A stretch of 64,000 bases of DNA from Bacteroidales bacterium (GTDB lineage Bacteria > Bacteroidota > Bacteroidia > Bacteroidales > UBA10428): NCBI GenBank assembly GCA_016934055.1, contig JAFGTR010000136.1, positions 24,858 to 88,857 of the forward strand, written 5' to 3'. Below are positions 19,301 through 28,000 of this stretch, piece after piece. Numbering within the stretch: position 1 is the stretch's first letter; each line of letters begins with the position of its first letter. The notes under the pieces were generated by a model. That model saw only the letters and a list, made by a program, of their open reading frames with translations. It made no database searches and had not been told where the DNA came from. The position numbers and the translations under genes are program-made.

Positions 19301-20594
19301 CTTTGTCAATTAGCGGATCTCCTGATTTATGTCGCTGCAATTCAAAATAATAGTCTTCGCCAAAAATACTCTTATACTCCTGTATGACTTCCAATCCCCT
19401 GCTTTCTTCTTCGTTCCGCAAAACCCAGGGCAACTCTCCGTGCAGACATGCTGTCAGTGCAATCAGACCGGCATGGTATTGCTTAAGCAACTCCTTATCA
19501 ATCCTTGGTTTGTAATAAAACCCTTCTGTCCATCCATATGATACAAGCTTTATCAGGTTTTTATATCCCTGCTTGTTTTTGGCCAGCAGTACTAAATGAA
19601 AACCACCACCATCCTGTTTCTCTGACTTTTCAAACCTTGACCGGCGTGCAATATATACCTCACAACCCAGGATAGGTTTAAGACCATGTTTCATGGCCTC
19701 ATTATGAAACTCTTTCACGCCAAACATGTTTCCATGGTCTGTTACAGCAATGGCTGTCATACCATCATTTTTGGCCTTTGCCATGACATGTCTTATATCT
19801 GCCGCGCCATCAAGTATAGAATATTGTGTGTGTAAATGAAGATGTGTGAACGTTACATCTGTAAGATCAGTATGCATCGAATCATCTGATTCCTCTTTCT
19901 GCTGCCCCGGCCTTTCTTTCCTGGCGTTCTTGTCGGGCCATTCCACAGGCGGAATGACAACAGGATTGCTCTTTTTGAAGTTTTCAAGCCATGATGGTCC
20001 TGCATCTTCCAACCTGATCTTAATTACATCAAGTCTGAGCAGTTCCAGAAAACAACGCGCTGTTGCAGCAACATCAGCCGCTGCGTTATGAGCTTCATTA
20101 AAATCTTCAGAAAACAGTTTTTGATGAAGCTCGGATAAAGTGGGCCATTTGAAATTTCCACCTTTCCCGCCCAGAAGTGCACAAAACTCTGTAGCCTCTT
20201 CTTTGGTGCAACAGTATGGCAGTGGTGACATCTCATCCGGCTGTCCGGTTCGCACATATTCAGCCCCAACAATTTTACGGTCAAAATCGATATTATGTCC
20301 GATCACAAGCTTCGTCTGCAATAACGAACGGTTAAATTCCTGCAAAACAAAGACAAGATCAAATCCTTCACGCAAAGCTCTTTCAGTTGAAATACCATGG
20401 ATTTTTTCGGCTGAAAATGGAATGGTAAATCCTGACGGTTTTATGATATAATTATAAGCTTTCAGTAAAACACCTTTCTCATCATGACACTCCCAGGCAA
20501 TTTGCACCAACCGGGGCCAATTAGCGATATCAGTAACCGGTGCATTGTAATTGGCCGGCAATCCTGTTGTCTCAGTATCGAAAATCAAGAACAT
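16374..20594 (-). CDS. dnaE: DNA polymerase III alpha subunit with N-terminal DEDDh 3'-5' exonuclease
   Basis: IFDTETTG..HNIDFD..AHNAAAD exonuclease; PHP HLHLHTQYS..TDHG; GPGRGSAAGS; MPDIDIDF; YAFNKSHS; C-terminal OB fold. Confidence 0.97.
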   Translation of the reverse strand: MFLIFDTETTGLPANYNAPVTDIANWPRLVQIAWECHDEKGVLLKAYNYIIKPSGFTIPFSAEKIHGISTERALREGFDLVFVLQEFNRSLLQTKLVIGHNIDFDRKIVGAEYVRTGQPDEMSPLPYCCTKEEATEFCALLGGKGGNFKWPTLSELHQKLFSEDFNEAHNAAADVAATARCFLELLRLDVIKIRLEDAGPSWLENFKKSNPVVIPPVEWPDKNARKERPGQQKEESDDSMHTDLTDVTFTHLHLHTQYSILDGAADIRHVMAKAKNDGMTAIAVTDHGNMFGVKEFHNEAMKHGLKPILGCEVYIARRSRFEKSEKQDGGGFHLVLLAKNKQGYKNLIKLVSYGWTEGFYYKPRIDKELLKQYHAGLIALTACLHGELPWVLRNEEESRGLEVIQEYKSIFGEDYYFELQRHKSGDPLIDKEVYEDQVFVNTRLLKLAKETGTKVVATNDVHFINEEDADAHDRLLCISTGKDIDDPDRLRYTHQEWMKTQQEMKALFADIPEAIINTNEIVDKVETYELNSDPIMPDFQIPEGFADSNEYLRHLTYEGAAQRYTVLDEKVKERIEFELDTIRKMGFPGYFLIVWDVIRAAREMNVSVGPGRGSAAGSVVAYCLRITDIDPIKYDLLFERFLNPDRISMPDIDIDFDEDGREKVLQYVVKKYGEKRVAHIITFGTMAPKMAIRDVARVQKLPLQEADRLAKLVPEVPGISFRDAYEKAPMLLQERESGNEQVTSTLKYAEVLEGSVRQTGVHACGIIIGKDDLEEYIPICRNKDAELNVTQFDGSHIESVGMLKMDFLGLKTLSIIKDTILNVKISRNIDVDINAIPLDDSLTYELYSRGDTTGLFQFESDGMKKYLKILKPNRFEDLIAMNALYRPGPMDYIPSYVNRKHGREKIEYDISLMEVYLKDTYGITVYQEQVMLLSQLLAGFSKGMADSLRKAMGKKIVSMMDQLKVKFQEGCTQRGHDPEVVEKIWKDWESFAHYAFNKSHSTCYAYISYQTAYLKAHYPAEFMAAVLSRNLNDIKKITFFMDECRRMGLTVLVPDINESFSNFTVNTSGQIRFGLAAIKGVGESAVEHILEVRRKSGPYKSIYDVVERVNLTIVNKRCLEALAQAGGFDSFGEPARYEFFARDENGMSFIEQLIRYGNLMQSQGNVTQTLFGDMSAVQVVKPKPSQEEEWPALVKLSKEKELIGIYLSAHPLDNYRIELNHFCNATLSELRDLSSQKGRDLTIAGIVTSVKNAIAKNGKPYGGFTLEDYTDTYTFTFFGKDYENFRNYLYEGYSLLIKGSVQENTWKSTPEPEFRVKSICLLSNARDELIKNIQLRLPLDELSENLLDKLKSFTEGRKGNINLKVTLVDVTENIAVDLFSRSKHIELSDEFVDFLFQNPEIEFKLC

Positions 20595-20829
20595 AAAAAA
20601 CCTCAGAAAAGAATTAAACTCCTGTTATTCAATTATTAACAAATTAACTTATTTTTTTATAAAGTTAACCCAAACCGGAGCAAATCGAAAGCGTTGTTCA
20701 TAAATATGCATAACAACTTATGCAGGAAATACAAACAATATTATTTCATTGAAAATTATAATCTTATCCCCAAAGCCGTAAACTTAACACAGGGTCAGTA
20801 CCAATCAGGTTTCTTATCCCTGATCACTT

Positions 20830-21405
20830 CTATAAAGATTGGGAACCTGAAGTTGTGCCAAGTAAAATGCTTTCAATCTGCTGTCTGAACATGTTTTTGG
20901 TTTCTTCAGGTGAACTGGCAATGCCCGCCGACATAGAAGGATTTCCTTTTAAAGGACAAAAGAGAAAAGCGGGTATGCTTTGTATGCCAAAAACAGAGGC
21001 CAGCTCTCTTTCTTTCTGAACATCAATTTTGTATATGATCACCTTACCGGCATATTCATGGGCTAATTCAGCAAGAATAGGACCTGTAATCCGGCAGGGA
21101 GCACACCAGTCAGCATAAAAATCAATCAGACAAGGCAAATTGCCTTTATATATCCATTCTGTGGCGTTCTTTTCATAATCCATAACCTTTTCCAGAAAAT
21201 CAGCTTTTGTTAAATGTACAGGTGCATTGATAAGAATATTCTCAGGTGCACCCGATTTATCGTTGACCACCTGAACAACTTTATTGTTGTCGCTGTCAGA
21301 TGAAGATTGATCACTTTTCAGAGTTTTATCCGGCTGACTGCTGCATGCCTGGAAGGTTAAAAAAATACTTCCGGCCAATAAAACCAAAGTTTTTTTCATT
21401 TTCAT
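20830..21405 (-). CDS. Thioredoxin-domain lipoprotein
   Basis: Lipobox FQAC; DFYADWCAPC; ATG at 21405 or 21399 more likely than TTG 21441. Confidence 0.88.
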   Translation of the reverse strand: MKMKKTLVLLAGSIFLTFQACSSQPDKTLKSDQSSSDSDNNKVVQVVNDKSGAPENILINAPVHLTKADFLEKVMDYEKNATEWIYKGNLPCLIDFYADWCAPCRITGPILAELAHEYAGKVIIYKIDVQKERELASVFGIQSIPAFLFCPLKGNPSMSAGIASSPEETKNMFRQQIESILLGTTSGSQSL

Positions 21406-21535
21406 AAATTTAAATTTTAAACAACTTATGCCTGACTTCAAATTCAGTTCTAAAAATAATGATTCTTATGAAGTATAATGTTATAATTTATGTTATTATT
21501 TATATATGTATATTTATATATATCATAAATTATGC

Positions 21536-21543
21536 CAAAGATA
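21536..21543 (-). promoter_or_regulatory. -7 promoter box TATCTTTG
   Basis: Reverse complement of CAAAGATA upstream of the thioredoxin lipoprotein gene. Confidence 0.5.
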
Positions 21544-21569
21544 ACAGAATATCAAATTACATTGTCTTT

Positions 21570-22241
21570 TCAGGAAGTTTTTTTGTTTTCTACATGACTG
21601 TTTTCCGGCCTCAGCATATACAAAGCTCCTTCTTCTGTAACTTGTACATCAATAATATTCAAAGAGATCATCTTTATCAGAATGGTTTCAGCACTATGTC
21701 GGGTGGTATGTGCTATCCTGGTGAACTTTGAAAGTGTAATAAAAGGATTTTTTTCAAGGTAGGTGACCAAAACCTTTTCTTCCCGGCCATATTTCAAAAA
21801 GGTACCTTTATAATTATGGCTGTTGTTCCATACTTTCAGAATAATCCTGTTGGCCTGAAAGTTCTGATCTGCAACACGGACAAAGGCAATCCATTTTCCC
21901 TTTTCGTCCTTCGCATAATGAGGACGTTTTTTACTTTTACTGATGATGGCCTCCAGCACCCATCGCCCATCGACATTCCACTTCCTTATCGTATAATCAA
22001 CCTTTGGTTTACAATATAAATGGGCAGCCGATTCTATCATGTATTCTTCTTCATCAGTTCTAACCCCAGTTATGACGCCATTGTCCTTTACACCAATCAA
22101 TAATTTACCACCATCGGTATTGGCAAAGGCCGACAAGGTCCGGGCGATTTTCCGGGCATCAGAAATCTCAAACTTAAAATCAAGATTTTGATTCTCCCCC
22201 TTGGCAATCAATGCTTTGATATAATGAGACCGGATTTTCAC
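21570..22241 (-). CDS. AlbA_2/Schlafen-like domain protein with C-terminal HTH-like region
   Basis: GENQNLDFK..IARTLSAFANTDGGKLLIGVKDNG motif. Confidence 0.85.
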   Translation of the reverse strand: MKIRSHYIKALIAKGENQNLDFKFEISDARKIARTLSAFANTDGGKLLIGVKDNGVITGVRTDEEEYMIESAAHLYCKPKVDYTIRKWNVDGRWVLEAIISKSKKRPHYAKDEKGKWIAFVRVADQNFQANRIILKVWNNSHNYKGTFLKYGREEKVLVTYLEKNPFITLSKFTRIAHTTRHSAETILIKMISLNIIDVQVTEEGALYMLRPENSHVENKKTS

Positions 22242-22520
22242 AAATTATCACATCGGATCAGGTCATCAAAATTAATTCATTTTATCGGTAAAGTCTTAAA
22301 AAGAATCAGGATGAGCGTAAATCATATCATAATTGAATATAAACCCGGCAACAAAAAAAGCATGCCAAAAAGTCAGTTTGTCATAACCAATAATTCTGAA
22401 AGAACACAATATTTCAGTTTCTTTTAGCTGTATAAAAAATGTATAATACACTTAACCCGTATATCAGGAAAGAATTAGTTCTTTTTCCGGAAAGGTCATA
22501 TTGATTATCGATTATTTTTA

Positions 22521-22528
22521 TACTTTTG
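22521..22528 (+). promoter_or_regulatory. -7 promoter box TACTTTTG for tRNA-Ala
   Basis: TAnnTTTG ending 13 nt upstream of the tRNA. Confidence 0.7.
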
Positions 22529-22541
22529 CCATCAAATTACA

Positions 22542-22615
22542 GGGGAATTAGCTCAGTTGGCTAGAGCGATTGCATGGCATGCAATAGGTCAGGGGTTCGA
22601 CTCCCCTATTCTCCA
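22542..22615 (+). tRNA. tRNA-Ala(GGC)
   Basis: GGGGAAT/ATTCTCC acceptor stem with G3:U70; D-loop AGCTCAGTTGGCTAGAGC; anticodon stem ATTGC-ATGGCAT-GCAAT; GGTTCGA T-loop; CCA not fully encoded. Confidence 0.97.
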
Positions 22616-22623
22616 CGTTTTTA

Positions 22624-22659
22624 AGCGGATTTTACCTGCTATCACAGGCAAATCCGCTC
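22624..22659. terminator. Hairpin or terminator downstream of the tRNA
   Basis: AGCGGATTT..CCTG..CAGG..AAATCCGCT inverted repeat between the convergent tRNA and flavodoxin genes. Confidence 0.6.
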
Positions 22660-22720
22660 ATTTATTGTGATACCTTCCTGTTTTTGTGTCTTTTTGGTAA
22701 AAGCATCAACCCTGATTCGG

Positions 22721-23140
22721 TTATTGAATAAAAGCATTAAGGCTTTCTTTATCAGATTCTGAGAGTAATCCGTTTTTCGATTTCCATTCCGGTAATATTT
22801 TGTTTTTCACGCCCGGAATATACTTTTTCATGGCCTTAAACATACTGCCCGTGGCAATGATGTAGGTGGTAAATAATCCGATCTGAATATTTTCAGGAAT
22901 GTCTGTCGCTTTGATTGCCTTAACCCACTTACGATCCGGGTGTTGTAATACAAAATACAGACCGCTGGTCCAACATCCCAAAAAAAGATAAGATATCTGC
23001 TCCAGATGGTCTTTCTTAAGTTCAGTTACCGGAATCACGCTGACAGAATAGCCTTTTTCTGTTAAAAACCTGGCCATTCCCTCGCCGTATTTCCGGGTTT
23101 TACCTTTTCTGCTCTGATAGACAATAAGTGCTTTTTTCAT
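22721..23140 (-). CDS. Flavodoxin-family protein
   Basis: ALIVYQSRKGKTRKY phosphate-binding loop; LFLGCWT. Confidence 0.8.
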   Translation of the reverse strand: MKKALIVYQSRKGKTRKYGEGMARFLTEKGYSVSVIPVTELKKDHLEQISYLFLGCWTSGLYFVLQHPDRKWVKAIKATDIPENIQIGLFTTYIIATGSMFKAMKKYIPGVKNKILPEWKSKNGLLSESDKESLNAFIQ

Positions 23141-23159
23141 TGTGTTAATAGTTAATAAT

Positions 23160-23492
23160 TAATTCAATTTGCCGGTCATAAAATTTTTAATATGATTTAA
23201 GAACCAAGAATGAAGATTTTTGATTTAAGAAGGGGAAGGCTTGGTTGTATAGTATTGATAATAATGTTTTTGTCTTTGACTTCATAAATCTTAAATTCGT
23301 ATATACGTGGCTAAAAATACTTTTCGGCTATTCGTGAATTTCTTGATTTCTAAAACCTTTGATATGTTATATGTTAGAAATATATTATTCGGGCATTCGT
23401 GGCAAAAAATGACTTTTTGAAGTGGCCTCAGTCTTAAACCTTAAATCTTTAATCTATTAAAATATAATTTCTACAGACAGCAACTTAAGTTA
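23160..23492 (-). repeat. Leader-region repeat element (copy 1, interrupted; copy 2 at 30826-30990)
   Basis: Reverse complement matches 30826-30990: TAACTTAAGTTGCT box, AAGATTTAAG, GAAGTCAAAG.CAAAAACA..ATCAATACTATAC..CCCTTCTTAAATCATATTAA..AATTTTAT..TTGAATTA. Confidence 0.8.
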
Positions 23493-23652
23493 AATAAATA
23501 ATATAAGCTGATTATAAGTTCTTTCAACTTGTCAGTTCAAAAATACAATTCTATTTTTATTATGGCATCTTTTTCTCTGCCACTTGAATGAGCAATTAAA
23601 ACTCATTGAAAGAAGTGCAACGAAAAATATTTGTTAATATTTGAATATTATG

Positions 23653-23660
23653 TATTTTTG
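23653..23660 (+). promoter_or_regulatory. -7 promoter box TATTTTTG for tonB
   Basis: TAnnTTTG ending 20 nt upstream of ATG 23681. Confidence 0.55.
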
Positions 23661-23680
23661 TATGGCTAAAAAACAAGACC

Positions 23681-24364
23681 ATGGAGCTTAAGAAATCAAA
23701 CAAAGCAGACCTTGAAGGAAAAAGACTCATTTTTCTTGAATTAGGTTTTATTGTTGTGCTGGGCATTGTACTTGCTGCATTTGAATGGACAAGTCGTCCT
23801 TCACAATCGACAGAGCTTCAGATATCAACTGAAGATGTCGGTGACGAAGAACAGATACCCATCACACGTCAGCAACAGGAAATAGAACCACCTCCGCAAA
23901 CTCAGGTTGTGGTTGAACTCAATATCGTTGATAATGATGTTGAACTCGATGATCAGCTTGAACTGGATGATCAGACAGCCAATGATGATATGGCTATGGA
24001 CATTATTGCCTATACACCCTCTGATGATGGTGAAGAAGTTGTTGAAGAAGTGTTTATCATTGTTGAAGACATGCCTACCTTTCAGGGTGGTGATCAGAAC
24101 GCTTTCCGTACATGGATTCAACAAAACCTCAGGTATCCTGAGATTGCGCAGGAAAATGGCATTAGCGGCAAGGTATATGTTCAGTTTGCCGTAAATTCCA
24201 GAGGTGAGGTTGTTGATGTCAAAGTCGTGCGTGGTGTTGATCCTGCACTTGATAAGGAAGCCGTACGCGTTGTATCCTCATCTCCGAAATGGGTGCCGGG
24301 GAAACAGCGGGGCAAGCCGGTAAAAGTGCAGTTTACCTTCCCCATTGTATTTGTTTTACAGTAA
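23681..24364 (+). CDS. tonB: Energy transducer TonB
   Basis: MELKKSNKADLE N-terminus, single TM, VEDMPTFQGG..LRYPEIAQENGISGKVYVQF..PGKQRGKPVKV C-terminal TonB domain. Confidence 0.95.
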   Translation: MELKKSNKADLEGKRLIFLELGFIVVLGIVLAAFEWTSRPSQSTELQISTEDVGDEEQIPITRQQQEIEPPPQTQVVVELNIVDNDVELDDQLELDDQTANDDMAMDIIAYTPSDDGEEVVEEVFIIVEDMPTFQGGDQNAFRTWIQQNLRYPEIAQENGISGKVYVQFAVNSRGEVVDVKVVRGVDPALDKEAVRVVSSSPKWVPGKQRGKPVKVQFTFPIVFVLQ

Positions 24365-24380
24365 AAGCAAAATTATTTTG

Positions 24381-24412
24381 AAAAACCCTGATCCAATGAT
24401 CAGGGTTTTTTT
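24381..24412 (+). terminator. Intrinsic terminator
   Basis: AAAAACCCTGATC-CAAT-GATCAGGGTTTTTTT. Confidence 0.85.
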
Positions 24413-24488
24413 GTAACTTTTCTCTGGAGAATCCGAATAAAACACTAAAATGTTACATTCAGATTCAAATGGTTAAAACAAAAAGACT

Positions 24489-25667
24489 ATGGTTATGAAA
24501 CACATATATTTTTCGGCTGTTTTCATACTCCTGATGGCAGGATGTACATCATCAAAAAAACTATTGCAGAAAGGCCAGTATGATGCTCTCATTCAAAGAT
24601 CTGTCAAAAAACTCATAAAAAATCCATCCAGCGAGGAGGATGCTGTTATGCTTGATAAAGCCTATAATCTGGCAAATGACAGAGACCTGGAGCGATTAAA
24701 ATACCTCAGAACGGAAAACAATCCGCGGTCCTATGATGAAATGTACAGAATATACTCAAATCTCAAGAGCAGGCAAACCAATGTCAGAAAAGTACTCCCG
24801 CTCAGGATCGGTGGACGTACAATACAATATGAATTTGTTGATTACGATAAACATATGGTTGAGGCGAAAAAAAAGGCAGCCGACTATTATTATGATAATG
24901 CAACAAAGCTCATGAATGTCAACACCAAGGAATCTTATCGCCAGGCCTATTATGAGTTTAAAAAAGCAAAAGACTATATGGGAAACGTATACCCTGATAT
25001 CGACAACCATATTCATGAATCACGGTATCTTGGGACCAGCCGTGTGCTGATGAGCGTGGTGAATAATACCCTTTTTAATCTTCCTCAAGATTTTGTCAAC
25101 AATGTGATAACAATTGACACACGTGAGTTCTCAAACGAATGGGTTGAATTCCATATACAGCGTCTTGATCGTGAAACCCAATATGATTATTATGTCGACC
25201 TGATTCTGGAGGTTATTGATATATCTCCAGATATGGCATCAGACAGGGATTACATTGAGAAAAAAACCATTGAAGACGGATTCGATTACGTGCTTGATTC
25301 AAGGGGCAATGTGATGAAAGACAGTCTAGGTAACGACATAAAAGTGAAGAAATATAAGGACATCACCTGTACGGTTATTGAAACCCTGCAGCAAAAGCAC
25401 TGTACCATACAGGGGCATCTCGAATTTATATCATTGAATCCCAAACAATTGTTAAAAAAAGAGCCTGTTTCTGCCTCAACACATTTTGAGCATCTGTCAG
25501 CAAGGGCAATAGGTGATATCAATGCACTGAAACCTGAAACGAGGAAGCTTATTCAGCAAAAACGTATTCCTTATCCTGATGATTTCGGTATGATTTACGA
25601 TTGTACCGAGACAATGAAACTTGCAATTCACGACGCATTAAAACATAACAGGTCATTCATTCAATAA
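24489..25667 (+). CDS. Hypothetical lipoprotein (helical/TPR-like)
   Basis: Lipobox LMAGC; long ORF. Confidence 0.8.
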   Translation: MVMKHIYFSAVFILLMAGCTSSKKLLQKGQYDALIQRSVKKLIKNPSSEEDAVMLDKAYNLANDRDLERLKYLRTENNPRSYDEMYRIYSNLKSRQTNVRKVLPLRIGGRTIQYEFVDYDKHMVEAKKKAADYYYDNATKLMNVNTKESYRQAYYEFKKAKDYMGNVYPDIDNHIHESRYLGTSRVLMSVVNNTLFNLPQDFVNNVITIDTREFSNEWVEFHIQRLDRETQYDYYVDLILEVIDISPDMASDRDYIEKKTIEDGFDYVLDSRGNVMKDSLGNDIKVKKYKDITCTVIETLQQKHCTIQGHLEFISLNPKQLLKKEPVSASTHFEHLSARAIGDINALKPETRKLIQQKRIPYPDDFGMIYDCTETMKLAIHDALKHNRSFIQ

Positions 25668-25680
25668 TTCCGGTTTTCAT

Positions 25681-26871
25681 TTGGGAGAGTATACCACCAG
25701 AACAGAAAAAGAGCGTGCCATACTTATTGGCGTTGCAAATAACGAATATGAACCAGGCCAGATCGAGAAATTCCTTGAAGAACTTGCCTTTCTTATTGAT
25801 ACAGCTGGCGCCGTGCCTGTAAGGTATTTCATTCAAAAACTTGACATTCCGAATGCCCGTACATACATCGGTAAAGGAAAACTTGAAGAGATCAGAGCGT
25901 ATATTCACACCCACGGGATTGACATTGCCATCTTTGATGATGAACTCTCACCCAGCCAATTGCGCAATATCGAAAGAGAGTTGAATATCAGGGTTCTCGA
26001 CCGCACCAACCTGATCCTGGATATATTTGCAGGCAGGGCCAAAACAGCTTATGCCAGAACACAGGTGGAACTTGCTCAGTATGAATATCTCCTTCCCCGG
26101 CTGGCCGGCATGTGGACACATCTTGAAAGACAGCGCGGCGGAATCGGCCTCAGAGGACCGGGTGAGACGGAAATTGAAACTGACCGAAGAATTATTCGTA
26201 ATAAAATTGCTCATCTGAAAGAACAGCTGAAGAAAATCGACCGTCAGATGACTTCCCAGCGTAAGAACAGGGGAAAACTTGTGCGTGTTTCACTGGTTGG
26301 CTATACAAATGTCGGCAAATCTACTCTGATGAACCTTTTGAGCAAATCAGAAGTTTTTGCTGAAAACAAGCTCTTTGCGACTCTGGATACAACCGTAAGA
26401 AAAGTGGTCATAGGGAACCTCCCTTTCTTATTGAGCGACACCGTTGGTTTTATCAGGAAACTGCCCCACCATCTTGTGGAGTCATTCAAATCAACACTTG
26501 ATGAAGTCAGGGAAGCCGATATTCTGCTTCATGTTGTCGATATCTCACATCCCGGTTTTGAAGAACAAATAAACATAGTGAACCAGACACTTCATGATAT
26601 CGAAGCGTCAAATAAATCCACCATAATTGTGTTCAACAAAATTGATATCTATCGGTTTATACAAAAAGATAATGATGATCTCTCTCCAAAAACAAAGGCA
26701 AATCTTTCATTAGCGGAATTAAAAAACAGCTGGATGGCAAAAAACAATTCACCCTGCATTTTTATTTCGGCCACAAAAAAGGAAAACATTGAAGAATTCA
26801 AATCGTTGCTTTACAGTCAGGTGAAAGAAATTCATATCACACGTTACCCATACGACAATTTCCTTTTCTGA
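25681..26871 (+). CDS. hflX: Ribosome-splitting GTPase HflX
   Basis: LILDIFA..QVELAQ, GPGETEIETDRR, GYTNVGKST, LFATLDTT, DTVGFI, NKID. Confidence 0.97.
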   Translation: MGEYTTRTEKERAILIGVANNEYEPGQIEKFLEELAFLIDTAGAVPVRYFIQKLDIPNARTYIGKGKLEEIRAYIHTHGIDIAIFDDELSPSQLRNIERELNIRVLDRTNLILDIFAGRAKTAYARTQVELAQYEYLLPRLAGMWTHLERQRGGIGLRGPGETEIETDRRIIRNKIAHLKEQLKKIDRQMTSQRKNRGKLVRVSLVGYTNVGKSTLMNLLSKSEVFAENKLFATLDTTVRKVVIGNLPFLLSDTVGFIRKLPHHLVESFKSTLDEVREADILLHVVDISHPGFEEQINIVNQTLHDIEASNKSTIIVFNKIDIYRFIQKDNDDLSPKTKANLSLAELKNSWMAKNNSPCIFISATKKENIEEFKSLLYSQVKEIHITRYPYDNFLF

Positions 26872-26930
26872 TGCCCTGATAAAATGATAGCCCGATGGCG
26901 TGTTGAAAATCCTGTAAGGGTATCTCTGAA

Positions 26931-27920
26931 TTATACCAATTGTTTCTTAACCAGGTATTCAGCAATCTGGATGGCATTTGTGGCTGCGCCTTTTCTCAGA
27001 TTATCCGAGACAATCCACATATTGAGTGTTTTAGGCTGTGTTTCATCACGGCGCAAACGTCCGACAAATACTTCATCACGGTTATGCGAATTTATGGGCA
27101 TAGGATAAACATTGTTTTTCGGATCATCAACCACAACAACGCCGGCTGTGTTTTCAAGAATACGGCGAACATCTCTCAACTCATATTCTCTTTCAAATTC
27201 AACATTAACTGATTCTGAATGACCCCCGATAACGGGTATTCTAACCGTTGTAGCTGTCACCCTTATGGAATCATCTTCCATTATCTTTTGCGTTTCGTTC
27301 ACCATTTTCATTTCTTCTTTGGTATAGCCGTCTTCAAGGAAAACATCAATGTGGGGCAACGCATTCATGTCAATTTTATGTGGATAAGCCATTTCTCCTG
27401 CGAGACCTTTTCTTTCATTCATCAACTGATCAACAGCCTTTTTTCCTGTGCCTGTAACAGACTGATAGGTTGATACAACAATGCGCTTTATCTTATAGAC
27501 TCTGTGAAGTTCTGCCAGGGCTACTACCATCTGAATAGTTGAACAATTCGGATTTGCAATGATTTTGTCTGACTTTGTCAGCACATGAGCATTCACTTCA
27601 GGAATGACAAGTCTGATGTCAGGCTCCATCCGCCAGGCTGAAGAATTGTCAACAACTGTGGTTCCGGCTTCAGCAAATTTCGGGGCCCATGCTTTTGATG
27701 TCCCTCCGCCTGCAGAAAAAACAGCCAGTTGAGGTTTCATGTCAATGGCATCCTGCATACCAACAACAGAATATTCCCGGCCTTTGAAAGTCACTTTTTT
27801 CCCGATTGATTTTTCAGACGCAACCGGTATAAACTCAGTGACCGGAAAATTTCGTTCTTCAAGAACCCTGATCATCTGTGATCCTACAAGGCCAGTAGCT
27901 CCAACAACCGCAACTTTCAT
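26931..27920 (-). CDS. asd: Aspartate-semialdehyde dehydrogenase
   Basis: VGATGLVG, DNSSAWRM, ANPNCST, STYQSVTG, DNLRKGAATNA. Confidence 0.97.
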   Translation of the reverse strand: MKVAVVGATGLVGSQMIRVLEERNFPVTEFIPVASEKSIGKKVTFKGREYSVVGMQDAIDMKPQLAVFSAGGGTSKAWAPKFAEAGTTVVDNSSAWRMEPDIRLVIPEVNAHVLTKSDKIIANPNCSTIQMVVALAELHRVYKIKRIVVSTYQSVTGTGKKAVDQLMNERKGLAGEMAYPHKIDMNALPHIDVFLEDGYTKEEMKMVNETQKIMEDDSIRVTATTVRIPVIGGHSESVNVEFEREYELRDVRRILENTAGVVVVDDPKNNVYPMPINSHNRDEVFVGRLRRDETQPKTLNMWIVSDNLRKGAATNAIQIAEYLVKKQLV

Positions 27921-27967
27921 AATGCAAATATTTAATGTTAATCAATCTATTGTTACAGACAAAAAAA

Positions 27968-28000
27968 TTGTCTCAAAAGAGTCACAGCCTTTTGAAACAA
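27968..28000. repeat. REP- or terminator-like hairpin in the asd leader
   Basis: TTGTCTCAAAAG-9nt-CTTTTGAAACAA, followed by a T7 run on the minus strand. Confidence 0.65.

Noticed and set aside
21459-21731. 90-aa ORF over the AT-rich stretch
   Set aside because: Ile/Tyr-rich low-complexity translation of AT-rich DNA that overlaps the AlbA gene in antisense
22188-22500. Small gene between the AlbA gene and the tRNA
   Set aside because: No convincing ORF on either strand; likely a divergent promoter region
23160-23460. CRISPR array in the repeat-rich intergenic region
   Set aside because: No regularly spaced identical repeats with unique spacers and no cas genes
22542-23500. Integrative element or prophage at tRNA-Ala
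   Set aside because: No integrase, no duplicated tRNA 3' end seen, and flanking genes are housekeeping
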